From contig OX597817.1 in NCBI GenBank assembly GCA_951406725.2, positions 9,548,001-9,612,000 of the forward strand: a stretch of DNA of 64,000 nt. Direction: 5' to 3'. The stretch is from Octopus vulgaris. Taxonomy: Eukaryota. The notes beneath the pieces were generated by a model. That model was given only the letters and a program-made list of their open reading frames with translations. It had not been told where the DNA came from and ran no database searches. Position numbers and translations under genes: made by a program. Of this stretch, positions 1-13,857 are shown piece by piece. Position 1 is the stretch's first letter; each line of letters begins with the position of its first letter.

Positions 1-352
1 ATGCATTCGAGGTCCAGGTAGTGTAATCCAAATCAAATCAACCCCCAAGAGCAGGTCCTTCTTACGAGATTTCATTCAGTTTCTGTCACAAAAAATGAGA
101 ATACAGTTAAAACCTTTTGCTACCCAATTACTAATAAATACTTTCCTAATGTTGTTTGCGATCGAACACAAACCTTGAATCACGCATTTTTGAAGCGAAC
201 GTTTTAAACATGCAGCCATAGCTACGGATATATGCATTCATACAGACACACACACGCACACACACACATCACACACAAAGTGTCAGAGAGAGAGAGGGGG
301 GAATATATATATATACAGAGAGAGAGAGAGAGGGAGAGAGAGATAAACAGAC

Positions 353-441
<89 letters not shown>

Positions 442-533
442 TTTTTTTATATCTTACCAGCGTTTCCTTCATCATATATGCAGTAATCACATTCAGTTAA
501 AATAACCTATTGATGTGTTTTGTTTCTCTTTTT

Positions 534-620
534 TTCCCTGATGAGAAGATCGCATTGTTTTACATTATTTTGTCTCTTCTGGAATAATAACCAATGTTTT
601 CTTCGAAACATATGTCGGAA
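534..620 (+). ncRNA. Type I hammerhead ribozyme motif, canonical core, PLE-type short stem III
   Basis: ttcc-CTGATGA-gaaga...(long hairpin)...tcttc-GAAAC-atat-GTC-ggaa. Stem I ttcc/ggaa, stem II gaaga/tcttc, palindromic ACATATGT stem III, GUC cleavage triplet at 614-616. Confidence 0.85.
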
Positions 621-990
621 GTATAAAGATTTGAATAACACCCGTGTTTAACTCCATTTCTTTATTTATCTATGTAATATAAAATCAGAAATATTAAATT
701 TCTAAACGTCTCAAAGAGACATGAGCGGTGGTGGAGCGATAGAGTGGTTGTATACTGTCAACTTAACGTGACAGTCCCGTATGGGAATTACACCACCGCT
801 GTTTAGCCCTAGGAATCTTCGAACGCTTCCTGTCGGCTTTGACACATTTCCTGTGTCCTTATATAAAATCATTTCACTAAACCTTGGAATTTCTACCGTT
901 ATAAGTAGGCTGTTACATCCTTGGTATTCATGTGAATTTTTGCTGCCCTGGTAACTACTTTTTTTCCATGTTATTGTACACATTGAAAAA

Positions 991-1084
<94 letters not shown>

Positions 1085-1097
1085 ATAATAATGATAA

Positions 1098-1560
1098 TTA
1101 TAATTAAGGGTTAATTGCAACAAGTTGCTCAAAACCACATACCGAAAATATTAGAAATAGCAGCCAAAATTGATCACTATTTCCTCTACTAATAAAAAGT
1201 CTCCACAAACAAACAGAATTTGTAACCTGTATATGGCAAAAAAGGAAGAAAATAACGAAATACCAGCCTATGGATTAATTATATATATATATGTATGTGT
1301 GTGTGTGTGTATGTATATGCATATAAGTATCGTGCAAGAGTAAGAAAAAGAAAAAAAGAGGCAGTGAGAGAAAAGTGAAATACAAAAATAGATCACACTC
1401 CTGAGTAACAACGATAATATTGCAATTGTACTATAAATCATTTAGCCATTTTATTCGTAGTGACAAGTGAAAAAAATTATGGTCTCCAAGACTACGTTTC
1501 GTAATTATAAAAAAAAAAAAAGGTTATTCATTTATTCTTCCTGAAGACAAAAAACAGAAA
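1098..1560 (-). repeat. Diverged PLE pseudo-LTR-like repeat related to the 588-bp unit at 29111-30928
   Basis: taattaagggtt...accgaa..ttagaaatagcagccaaa..ctattt..tctactaa resembles the 29645-29735 segment. A decayed HHR 3' half (GAAACGTAGTC, stem I gtcttca/tggagac) lies at 1482-1548 on the minus strand, in the same relative order. Confidence 0.5.
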
Positions 1561-2119
1561 CACAGAAGAAAAACAGAAAAATGAAAAGCAAAAGGATAAA
1601 AGGAAATAAACGAGATTGAACAATGCAACATTGCTGAAAGCGAAAAATGTCTTTATGAGTGAGGCATATGTATTTAGATGAGATGTTACAGTTAACGCAT
1701 TTTCTAGAGTACATTATGTTTAAGGTGTTCCACTATGCATGCAGACTGCCATCGTTTAGCTAAAAAAAAAAAGACGTTTGCTCCCTGTAGATTTTTCTAC
1801 AGAATGTAAGAAAGTATATATTTATTATAATTGTTTCAAAAAACTTACGTCGGTTTATGTCTCATTAAAAAGAAAACTGCATCAGAGAATTCCCATCTAA
1901 TTTGTCGTATAGTTGCAGACATGGTGTATATGTTAGCTGTTCCACTTACACACACACACACACACAAAAAGTGTTTGCTAAGACTCGTACAGGTTTAATC
2001 AATTTATGCTGAATGTAATTATTTGTTTGTATTATTACAGTAAACCATTTTTTATTTTTGATTTTTCGTTGGTGTTGTTATCACGAAAATTAATAAGGAA
2101 ATGGAATAAACACACAGAT

Positions 2120-2151
<32 letters not shown>

Positions 2152-2312
2152 GCACGCACACACACACACATACACACACACCGGCGCATTGATACTGAGC
2201 TTCGAAAATATTGCACTTATTCTATGAAGATAAATCACTTGGATGTTCGTGTCGAAGAAAAGAGTTGAGATGAACAAATGTTATAAGGAACAAGTTAGCA
2301 CAAGGGAGCGAT

Positions 2313-2405
<93 letters not shown>

Positions 2406-2427
2406 TATTATTATTAAAATGAAATAA

Positions 2428-2658
2428 GGCGGGGAGCTGGCAGAAACGTTAGCACGCCGGGCGAAATTCTCAGCAGTATTTCGTCTGTCGCTACGTTCTG
2501 AGTTCAAATTCCGCCGAGGTCGACTTTGCCTTTCATCCTTCCGGGGTCGATAAATAAAGTACCAGTTAAGCATTGGGTTCGATGTAATCGACTTAATCCC
2601 TTTGTCTGTCCTTGTTTGCCCTCTCTATGTTTAGCACCTTGTGGGCAGTAAAGAAATA
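2428..2658 (+). mobile_element. SINE family B (tRNA-like head, conserved gcctttcatccttYcggggtcgataaa central domain)
   Basis: A-box-like TGGCAGAAACGTT and B-box GAGTTCAAATTCC. Many copies in the window. Flanked by (TAA)n. Confidence 0.8.
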
Positions 2659-2667
2659 CATAATAAT

Positions 2668-2711
<44 letters not shown>

Positions 2712-2712
<1 letters not shown>

Positions 2713-4330
2713 TTCATTTATTTACCAAAAGGACGAAGGATGAAGAGGAAACTCATTCGAGGCCCGAAAGGTAAAAATACAGGAATTGACATAAAGTGTG
2801 GGCTTTATGTATAATAATGAAATGATAAAAAATAAATAATAAATTTAAAAAAAAGGTATACACGGTATACACTGGAAAAGAAGGGACATATGCATAGCAT
2901 GCAAAGGTAAAAACAAGTGTGGGAGGAGGATGTGGCCCTCCTGATACAGGAACGCCTCTAGGGATAATCGAGGACCACCACTGTCCGAGATTTCCCTGAA
3001 ATCCTAGGAGTAAGTGCACTCTCCAATTCCTTCTCCCCGACTCACAGGTCTACACTTAGAGACGTACCATCCACTCTTGCCATTTTCGCAACTTTCACCC
3101 ACCCTTCAGTAAACTCATTCGAGGGCAGCACTTCTCACTCCACTCCAAAAAGGGAAGGTATCTGTCCTCATGCCTTTCAGGCATGACGACAGATACCTTC
3201 TACTCTCGGCACAAGGCTCTAAATTTTGGGGGAGGGGAGCCATGCCTGAACTCTGCACGAGGCCGTACTGAACGGTTTCGTCACTCTGCGCGCACCTCGG
3301 ACAAGTGCATCTGACAGCACATCAGTGCTTGTATAGTTTATCTCGAACCGGTCGGGCTCCTCGGTAGCACTGCCAGGCCAAGGACATCTGGAAATTATTC
3401 ATGATAGTTCCCGATCGGAAAGTCCTCCGGTACAGCTAGTTTGTTCTCATCAGCGCCCAGAGTCTCCCCGAGAACGTCGTCGCACTTCCTTGCCACTAAT
3501 CTTTATATATAAAAGTGAGGTTGTGTGCTGTCTGTCTCCTACGATTTAGATTCCCAACTACTCCCACATTTTGCGGTGCAGTTTACCCAAAACCGGGTAT
3601 CTTATAGTCGTGATTCATGTCGAGCCCTTCTGGGTATTAGCGCGCGTCTACGATGAGTCTACGATTTAAAAAAAAATTTACCATCAATTTTTCCCATTTT
3701 TAATGCATTTTTGGCATATATAAGGGAAGTAACTCTCTAAAAATTTATTAAATATCAGAACGTAAAAAGCTACAGTAACACTCCCCCCCTTTGTGGTTAG
3801 CCATATTGAGATGGCTATTATACTTTACATCTCTAAAAATGCTTATATAGTTATTTCCCTTACAAACCCGAGCAACGCCGGGCGATACTGCTAGTCCTCT
3901 ATAAATTTCTAAAGCGGAACATCCATCGATCTCATTGCCCGGCTGGTTGTGAGCACCTAACGACATTCTAAGTACCAGGCGCCCAGTCTCGGTCTTTTCT
4001 TCACCCAGGAATGCAACTCCATCAAGGAGACGAGCTGCGGAAAGACGAGCCTCAGAATCGGAGCCCACACACGCTTACCACCCAGAGATCCTTGCAGGTC
4101 TCTGCGCATTAGGAGCCACGGAATACCTAATTCGCCACTCAGAGGATGCTGGTAACAGACTGACCGCCTGACCATTGGAACGCGTCCTTTCGACAAGAAT
4201 TTAACAAGAGCTGCTCCAGCCTGGTCAAGCAGTAACCGGGACAAGGCGTGACGGTCAGGCATAAATGATAACGGGGGCGCTGTAAGCATTCTCCACCTCT
4301 GCCCGACCTTTCAAGGACAGCTTTCTTTCA
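2712..4330 (-). mobile_element. Decayed 3' part of a Tx1/L1-like non-LTR retrotransposon, interrupted by a Helitron
   Basis: GC-rich decayed coding sequence with a CPRCAQSDETV zinc-knuckle (zf-RVT-like) near 3275-3305. AATAAA-type 3' end running into (ATT)n. Confidence 0.65.
3500..3894 (+). mobile_element. Non-autonomous Helitron, family 1
   Basis: Starts TC after A and ends with hairpin cccgagcaacgccggg plus CTAG before T. No TSD. Near-identical copies at 21984-22282 and 50223-50466. Confidence 0.85.
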
Positions 4331-4539
4331 GTCCATTTCTGGGTAAGCAATAACACAACAAAACACAGCACTATACCCCAAGGAAAAAATTAACGCAATG
4401 CAGTACTGGGAAGAGTTCGCATGTTACTCCCAACAGCAGAAAAGAACACACAATGCTGCACACAGCCCAGCAACAAGAAGGTGTAGCAGGTGATGCAGTA
4501 GAAACTTACCTTAATTTACCACATTTTGAACAGTTATAT

Positions 4540-4705
4540 ACTAATAATAATAATTATAATAATAAAAATAACGATAATAATAATAATAATAATAATAATT
4601 ATAATAATAAAAATAATAATAATAATAATTATATTAATATTAATAATAATAATAATAAAAAAATAATAGTAATGATAACAACAATAGTAATAATAATAAT
4701 AATAA

Positions 4706-4761
<56 letters not shown>

Positions 4762-4855
4762 GATATTATTATTATCATTATTATTATTACTACTATTACT
4801 ACTATTATCATTATTACTACTACTACTACTACTATTATTATTATTATTATTATGC
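4540..4855. repeat. (AAT)n/(ATT)n/(ACT)n compound microsatellite
   Basis: Directly visible trinucleotide arrays. Confidence 0.95.
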
Positions 4856-5643
4856 TTGTCATTGCGTTACTTAGCCCGTCGGTAACGCTTTCACGTGATT
4901 AGAGAAAAAGAGAGAGAAAGAAAAGAGAGAGAGAAAAAGAGGGAGAGAGAGGCGTCCAAGACATGAGGTAGGGAAAACGTGATATTTATTAAGTGGTAAA
5001 AAAAACTTAGTTTAAGGTAGAGGAGGAGAGTTTAAAATACAATCTTACCAGAGGAGTGATGTTCTGATGTTGAGATTAAAGAAAGAGAGCGGATGAGAGA
5101 GGGAGAGAGAGGGAGAGAGATAGAGAGCGGGAAGAGAGAGGAGGGAAAGAGAGAGGGGAGAGAGAGGATAATGGAGGTAGTAGTGGTGGAGACGGAGGAG
5201 GTGGTGGTGGTGGTGGAGATGGAGTAGGTAGTGGTGGTGGTGGAGATGGAAGTGGTGACGGTGATGCTGGAAATGGAGGCGGTAGTAGTGGTGGTGGTAG
5301 TGGTAAGTGAAAAGTGTATTTGCCTTTACTTGAACTGAGTCTTATAATATCGCCTATCACTTAACGCATGCTCATAAGTGTAATTCCGTGAAATATTCAC
5401 GCTTATTTGCGTGGCAGATATATGCAATTTAACTAAAGATTGTATCATATGTACGGGATATTTTTTATGTTTATGGGGAAAATGGAAAAACAATAGTGAA
5501 TATTTATTTTATGAGTGCTGTGTATTAAGTCTATAAAATTGTGCGACGAAAATATTTTGACAAATTAAATTTAAATGTTGAAGTGAATCTAACGGTTTTT
5601 GTATGTTTCTTAAATGGCTTATAAACACCTTCCACGCTGCAAT

Positions 5644-5762
<119 letters not shown>

Positions 5763-5914
5763 ATTAAATTACCATCGTATTCCAATTTCTTTCACTTCTC
5801 AATGAGTAGCAGATGCGCAACTATTTTTCCATACAGACACAGGCTACGCTTTCAGGTTTTTGGGATTAGATTTTCAGAAATTAATTCCGTGAAATATTCA
5901 CGGGTCCTACTAGT

Positions 5915-5947
<33 letters not shown>

Positions 5948-5992
5948 AATAATATTATTATTATCATTATTATTATCATTATTATTATTATT

Positions 5993-6053
<61 letters not shown>

Positions 6054-6101
6054 GTCAAATGCTAAAAGATAACGTCTGTCATATAGCAAATAAGAAACAC
6101 A

Positions 6102-6174
<73 letters not shown>

Positions 6175-6210
6175 CAAAGTGGAGTTGTAAGGTACTGCAC
6201 GAGTAGAATT

Positions 6211-6738
6211 ATATATGAAAGAAGGTTTGAAAATGCAATTTTAAAAGATGTTTATTTACTTGAACGGTCTCACTTTTTTAGAAAAAGATTGTCAAAAGTA
6301 ACATGTCAAAGCTTTGTTGTGTTAGGGTGTCGTGCGTCCGCTAGTGTGTGTATGTGTCTGTTCGCATGTGTATATGTGTGCATCTGTTGGTGTTGTGTGT
6401 GTGTGTATTTATGAACTTGTTAATAATTTCTCAAAAAAATGTTTTCTGTAAACTGTTTTTAACATCTTATTATTATCAAAAAATGTATACAAGTATTGCA
6501 ACTTTTTGTGCCCAATATTTTAATGAACGTTTTTGTTTTTCCCAAAATTTTCCCTTGTAAACTGTTTTTAACACGTTCTTATTATTAGCAAAGAATGTAT
6601 ATATGTATTGTAATATTTTGTGACAACCAGTACTTAACACAACAAAGTTTTTACATGTTACTTTTGACAATCTTTTCCTAAAAAAGTGAAACCGGTCAAG
6701 TAATTAAAGATCTTTCAAAATTGCATTTTCAAACCTTC

Positions 6739-6748
<10 letters not shown>
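6211..6748. repeat. Element bounded by ~115-bp imperfect inverted arms; probable inverted PLE pLTR pair
   Basis: 6211-6325 is the reverse complement of ~6632-6748. The right arm has GAAACCGGTCaag, a decayed HHR 3' half. TA-rich at both ends. Confidence 0.6.
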
Positions 6749-6811
<63 letters not shown>

Positions 6812-6873
6812 AGAAGAAATGAGGTAATCAGAAGATCGGATGGTTTATATTTACAGATATTTATTTATATATT

Positions 6874-6906
<33 letters not shown>

Positions 6907-6956
6907 CATATCACTTAGATCATTAGCGCTTTCTCCCATTCTAGTGGGGTTTTCAA

Positions 6957-6991
<35 letters not shown>

Positions 6992-6992
6992 T

Positions 6993-7171
6993 TCGCCATG
7001 TTGAATCGCTTGCTTCTCCACGCATTTTTTTCTCTCCTTGTTTCTTTTCTGTGTATCTTTCTGTTGAAGAGCGTAGGCTCGAAACGTAAAAGACTTGTTT
7101 TATTTATATTCCTGAGCGCCATACTAATACAATTGTTTGTTTGTACTCCACCTGCCTTCGTCTTTTGTTTA
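6993..7171 (+). repeat. ~180-bp non-coding repeat with a minimal HHR-like motif (7056-7093)
   Basis: tcttt-CTGTTGA-A-GAGCgtagGCTC-GAAAC-GTA-aaaga. Close copy at 11561-11760 and an older copy at ~56420-56580 (-). Embedded in (TA)n. Confidence 0.65.
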
Positions 7172-7189
7172 TTTTCATAAAGCTTCCCG

Positions 7190-7265
<76 letters not shown>

Positions 7266-7468
7266 CTACAAAATTAGAGAATGGAGAAACATACTTAAAT
7301 CAGTAAAACATCAACTATCCGATGATACTCAATCCATACTTTAATACACCATTACATATGAGTAAAGGCAATATATAAAATGAAATGAGATATACAGTAA
7401 TAGTAAAAGTAAAAAGATAAAGAGATATAAGTAAAAAATTTCAAATATAATATGCAAATAAATCAAAA

Positions 7469-7576
7469 CTGACAGCTGTTTCGGCAGTGAGGACAGTCAT
7501 AGCTCATTTAACCTATAAGCCATAAAGGCAGGTATAAATGAGGCATTAACAAGGATGCCTCACGGCCTCTTCAGAG
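7469..7576 (-). ncRNA. Mirror copy of the 8531-8640 HHR in the left palindrome arm
   Basis: Reverse complement: gacagctgtttcggcagtgagg...cctcacggcctcttcag. Confidence 0.7.
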
Positions 7577-7925
7577 AATTAAATTAAATTTGTTATAATA
7601 GTGAAAAATATTATATAATCATATACATATAAATATAAAAATATAAAAATGTAAAATATAAAAACTTATACATCATAATGCTACACTTATATAATATAAT
7701 ACACATTTGTACAAAAAGGAAGGTAAACAGAACAAAATAAAACAAAATATATAACAGTGTATATATTAATATTAATAAGTACCGATATTATACATATTTG
7801 GCTAATAGTTTTTTTTAAAAAAAAAAAAAAAAAAAGGGCTAACACATATGGAGATGAAAAATAATAATTAAATCCGTGGTACAGTTCATAAAATTCTAAA
7901 GCTATAAAAGTTAATAAAAATTACT

Positions 7926-7978
<53 letters not shown>

Positions 7979-8132
7979 TAATAATAATAAAAAAATACTA
8001 AAAATAGATACAGTTAAGTTAGCACCAAGTCCATCCTTTCAAGATCGAAATAACTTAGTTATTTCGATCTTGAAAGGATGGACTTGGTGCTAACTTAACT
8101 GTATCTATTTTTAGTATTTTTTATTATTATTA

Positions 8133-8185
<53 letters not shown>

Positions 8186-8530
8186 AGTAATTTTTATTAA
8201 CTTTTATAGCTTTAGAATTTTATGAACTGTACCACGGATTTAATTATTATTTTTCATCTCCATATGTGTTAGCCCTTTTTTTTTTTTTTATAAAAAAAAC
8301 TATTAGCCAAATATGTATAATATCGGTACTTATTAATATTAATATATACACTGTTATATATTTTGTTTTATTTTGTTCTGTTTACCTTCCTTTTTGTACA
8401 AATGTGTATTATATTATATAAGTGTAGCATTATGATGTATAAGTTTTTATATTTTACATTTTTATATTTTTATATTTATATGTATATGATTATATAATAT
8501 TTTTCACTATTATAACAAATTTAATTTAAT

Positions 8531-8640
8531 TCTCTGAAGAGGCCGTGAGGCATCCTTGTTAATGCCTCATTTATACCTGCCTTTATGGCTTATAGGTTAA
8601 ATGAGGTATGACTGTCCTCACTGCCGAAACAGCTGTCAGT
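8531..8640 (+). ncRNA. Type I HHR motif with long stem II
   Basis: CTGAAGA-ggccgtgagg...cctcattta/taaatgagg...cctcactgcc-GAAAC-agct-GTC. Stem I is weak (ct/ag). Confidence 0.7.
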
Positions 8641-9015
8641 TTTGATTTATTTGCATATTATATTTGAAATTTTTTACTTATATCTCTTTATCTTTTTACT
8701 TTTACTATTACTGTATATCTCATTTCATTTTATATATTGCCTTTACTCATATGTAATGGTGTATTAAAGTATGGATTGAGTATCATCGGATAGTTGATGT
8801 TTTACTGATTTAAGTATGTTTCTCCATTCTCTAATTTTGTAGTATTAATTTACAGTAATATTATTACCTTTACCCATTTAATACAATAGATGAACTGATT
8901 GCTTGACAATTTTTAACATCTATGTATTAATTTTGTTGGGTACCTATCTAGCAGTATATTGGATATATATTATCCCATGGTGGGTTGAATTTTCAACCCC
9001 TATCTCATTTTATAA

Positions 9016-9068
<53 letters not shown>

Positions 9069-10256
9069 GCATTATACCCTACATTGTAGGTAGTGGATGA
9101 ACAATGTTGTACTTCACTTCTCATATATCATATATTATTGTACAGAATAATTGTGACCTACAATTTTGCCACAGTAATTATGCATACAATAATACTCCCT
9201 TAATGTAACCATTTTTTAGCACCTTATGTGGAAACCTATTATTTCAAAATCAAATCTAGATTTTAATGTTTAAAGAATAATGAAAAAAATTATTTCGCTT
9301 GTTTTTGCCTCTTAAAACCTTCATTTTTTTTCTCTCTCTCCATGTTTGTATCACTAAGGAGACAGATTTCCTAGTCGACACACAGACAATAAATTGGAAG
9401 ACAAATGGTTAGTCAGACAGATTTTTTTTTTCTGTATAGCTCTATTGAATTTACAGCCTGGGCTAAATTATTTGGACTATAATAAACTAAAATTAGAATA
9501 AGTATCAAACAAGAACAAAGAATAATATGACAAACAAAAACAAAAGCAATGGCAAGAAGATGCGAAGAGAACAAAATACATTAATGAATGTATAAATAGA
9601 TGCAATCTTATTCACGTTATCTTACATTCAACTTAATTATCAATATTAATAGAAGAAAGGATTTTTTCTCCTTTTAATATCAGCTTTAATATCAATGTAT
9701 GGTGGTGAATGGCTGCCACTAGATTAGAGTAGATCCATAGATGGCAGCTCATTATAAAGTAACATTTTTGTAGATCGATAGTTTGAAGCTAATCGATTCT
9801 GAATTTCAAACTACCAGGTCATCGATATCATCGTTTATGACGTCGCTGTCATTTTTGAAGTTAAGTTTGTTTCATTATCCATCCACAGAAGCAAACAGCA
9901 GATCTTTCGTTTTCCGTTTGAAATTTCCTTTCGTTATCTATTCTTATCTATTTGCTTGTTTTCCATTCCAGTTTTGGTATTCTTTCAGGCATTCGGATGG
10001 TGCAGAAAAAGACATCTCTTTATTGATGTAATAAGCTAAGTAAAAATCTAATAACACGGACAACTGTTCTACTAAAGAAATAAAGGTCCATATGTTCATC
10101 CGAAAATATATTGATTAGTTCTTGCGACATACATGCATTCAAGTTATATATGCATATAATAGGCAAGACATTTCCTTCTCGTCCTGGAAATTTTGAATTC
10201 ATGATCAGTTTCTATACATGTAAACGTACACATGATTATGTCTATGTGTTTGTTTG

Positions 10257-11178
10257 TATGTATGTATGTATGTATGTATGTATGTATGTATGTATGTATG
10301 TATGTATGCATGCATGTATGTATGTATGTATATATGTATGTATGTATGTATGTATTTATGTATTTATGTATGTATGTATGCATGCATGTATGCATGCATA
10401 TATGTATGCATGTATGTATGCATGTATGTATGTATGTATGTATGTATATATGTATGTATGTATTTATGTATGCATGCATGTATGCATGTATGTATGTATG
10501 TATGTATGTATTTATGTATGTATGTATGTATGTATGTATGTATGTATGTATGTATGTATGTATGTATGTATGTATGTATGTATGTATGTATGCATGTATG
10601 CATGTATGTATGTATGTATGTATGTATGTATGTATGTATGTATGTATGTATGTATGTATGTATGTATGTATGTATGTATGTATGTATGCATGCATGTATG
10701 TATGTATGTATATATGTATGTATGTATGTATGTATTTATGTATGTATGTACGTATGTATGTATGCATGTATGTATGCATGCATGTATGTATGCATGTATG
10801 TATGTATGCATGTATGCATGTATGTATGCATGTATGTATGCATGTATGTATGTATGTATGTATGCATGTATGTATGTATGCATGCATGTATGTACGTATG
10901 CATGTATGTATGCATGTATGTATGCATGTATGTATGTATGTATGTATGTATGCATGTATGTATGTATGCATGTATGTATGCATGTATGTATGTATGCATG
11001 TATGTATGCATGTATGTATGTATGTATGTATGTATGTATGTATGTATGTATGTATGTATGTATGCATGCATGCATGTATGCATGCATGTATGTATGTATG
11101 TATGTATGTATGTATGTATGTATGTACGTATGTATGTATGCATGTATGTATGTATGTATGTATATATGTATGCATGTA
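10257..11178. repeat. ~920-bp (TATG)n/(CATG) tetranucleotide microsatellite
   Basis: Directly visible. It explains the 300+ aa YVCM/HTYI pseudo-ORFs. Confidence 0.97.
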
Positions 11179-11388
11179 TTAAGTTTGCATATGTATATAT
11201 ATATATACTTGAAATGAACAATTCTAAATACTGTTGGATTTTTCTCATACGGTATTGGAATCTTACATATATACTAATCTTCCTAAAAAATGGATCTACA
11301 AATTCAGTATCCCTACATACCTCACATCTATTTTCTTTTCTCCACCTAACTCTCTATTTTGTATCCTATCTAAATTAACTATGACACC

Positions 11389-11440
11389 GTCTCCGATGAA
11401 GGGATATACTTAATAAATATCCTGGAAACAGCTGTAAGAC
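11389..11440 (+). ncRNA. Type I HHR motif with CCGAUGA (U4C) core
   Basis: gtct-CCGATGA-A-gggatat/atatcct-G-GAAAC-agct-GTA-agac. Same family as 18548-18872. Confidence 0.7.
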
Positions 11441-11502
11441 CTATCTATAAATGTTCTATCTACACAGCCTTGTTTTTTTTTATCTCATTATGCAAAAAAT
11501 TC

Positions 11503-11560
<58 letters not shown>

Positions 11561-11760
11561 ACGCCATGTTGAATCGTTAGCTCCTAAACGCATTTTTTTC
11601 TCTCCTTGTTTCTTTTCTGTGTATCTTTCTGTCGAAGAGCGTAGGCTCGAAACGTAAAAGACTTGTTTTATTTCTATTTCTGAGCGCCATACTAATACAA
11701 TTGTTTGTTTGCACTCCACCTGCCTTCGTCTTTTGTTTATTTTCGTAAACCTTCCCGTCA
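11561..11760 (+). repeat. Second copy of the ~180-bp minimal-HHR repeat (motif at 11624-11661)
   Basis: tcttt-CTGTCGA-A-GAGCgtagGCTC-GAAAC-GTA-aaaga. Highly similar to 6993-7171. Confidence 0.65.
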
Positions 11761-12187
11761 TATATATATATATAAAAATCTTGCACAACAAATATATAAA
11801 CGTACTATATATATATGCACTTACATTTTTTTAGTGGTTTCAGTCATTTGACTATGGCCAAGGTGGAGCGCCACCTTAATTTATTTTCTTTCATATTAGT
11901 TGTCGTTTATTGACTAGAAGTTGGTTTATGATTGACTTTGTAGCAGCTGATCTACACTGAGTGTATCCAATATTCTGCTGAATGTGTCAGTAGAAGCTCC
12001 ATTTGTATTTCTTTCGGTAAGCAGTTGAATAACTGAAAACCTCGAAATATCAGACTGGTACAATAGCGTGTCTTTGCTCGTGATTTCGAAGGTAGCATTT
12101 TTGGAAGTCGAGAGGATCTACCAATTCGTGTACTATAATTCTCCCTTATACCGAAGATTGGAACATGCTTCTCCAGAATTTTCCATA

Positions 12188-12686
<499 letters not shown>

Positions 12687-12734
12687 ATGTATATGAGAGT
12701 TTATATTTCTCTTCGACATTCAAGAGAGTAGAGA

Positions 12735-13620
12735 TGCAGAGCTGTCAGACATTTCAGGCTTTTAACAGAAGTTAAAATGATGTTCTTTGTAACCCTTCAA
12801 TCTCTTCATGAGACTAGATGGATTCGGAAACTAAAGCTGTCTGTTAATCTGCTCAGAACTAACGTTTTTTTCCCCCATAGAGTTAGCATAAGTACCGGTT
12901 CTCTTGTCACAAAGGTTTGTAGGATCCATGCTATTAGATGTCTGCATTTAGAGTTCTGTCTGGTGATCTGGCTGATGAAAGATACATCATTTGACGCCAT
13001 TAGCACTCTGAATCGATGTGTAACCGAGTGTCAAATAATGTGATTTGTGTGTATTCTCTCCATAACGAAGAACCTGAAATGTTGATGCATTAAATTTCAT
13101 ATTGCTTTTATCTGCCCATTGATAAATGAAGTTTAGCCCATTTTGAAGTGTGACGACATCTTCTGGAGTTTGGATAACCATCGATATTTTTGCTTCATCG
13201 GCGTAGCTCATCATGTTGACCGAGTGCATTTGAGATCTTATACCTGGTGGGGGTGATGATAAAAAAAGAATGGTCATAGAAACGTGTACTGAGGTATGCC
13301 ACTTATTACAGGTGACTTTCCAGAGAGAAAACCCTTTGCAGAAACGTATTGATTCCTACACTGTAAGAAGTCAGAGAGTCATTCTCTGAGTTTTCCTGTG
13401 ATACCAAGATCCCTTAGCCTATGGTAAATGATTTCATGATATGATCAATATTGCTAAACACTTTAACAAAATAAAGGTATATAGAATCAGTGGTCATTCC
13501 TGTCAAGAGATTATTGAGAACAGTGCTGCAATGTCGGCCAGTCCGAAAACTAAGTGCAAACATATTATCACAAACTTACAGACATACATACTTCATAATG
13601 CTTTAAGTAAATCAAACTAT
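12735..13620 (-). pseudogene. CR1/L2-like LINE reverse transcriptase fragment
   Basis: SYADEAKI (YADD-like), LQNGLNFIYQWADKSNMKFNASTFQVLRYG, upstream SGIPQ motif. Frameshifts and stops. Confidence 0.75.
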
Positions 13621-13627
13621 CATATTC

Positions 13628-13857
13628 TTATTTCTTTATTGCCCCCAAGGGGCTAAACATAGAGGTGACAAACAAGGACAGACAAAGGGATTAAGTCGAT
13701 TGCATCGACCCTGTACATAACTGGTACTTAATTTATCGACCCGAAAGGATGAAAGGCAAAGTCGACCTCGGCGAAATTTGAACACGGAACGCAGCGGCGG
13801 ATGAAATACCACAAAGCATTTCGCCCGGCGTGCTAACGTTTCTGCCAGCTCGCCGCC
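13628..13857 (-). mobile_element. SINE family B
   Basis: Reverse complement of 2428-2658. Confidence 0.85.

Larger units (their letters stand above)
7265..8843. repeat. Near-perfect 1.58-kb palindrome (arms ~790 bp, 1-nt spacer at 8056) of a PLE-like 3' end
   Basis: aagatcgaaataact-t-agttatttcgatctt at the centre. Arms match out to actacaaaattagagaatggaga / tctccattctctaattttgtagt. The + arm continues to (TA)n at ~9020. Confidence 0.9.

Noticed and set aside
5076-5360. Proline-rich ORF
   Set aside because: (GA)n and (GGT)n low-complexity DNA.
10111-11378. Long overlapping ORFs of 300-370 aa
   Set aside because: Translations of a stop-free (TATG)n microsatellite.
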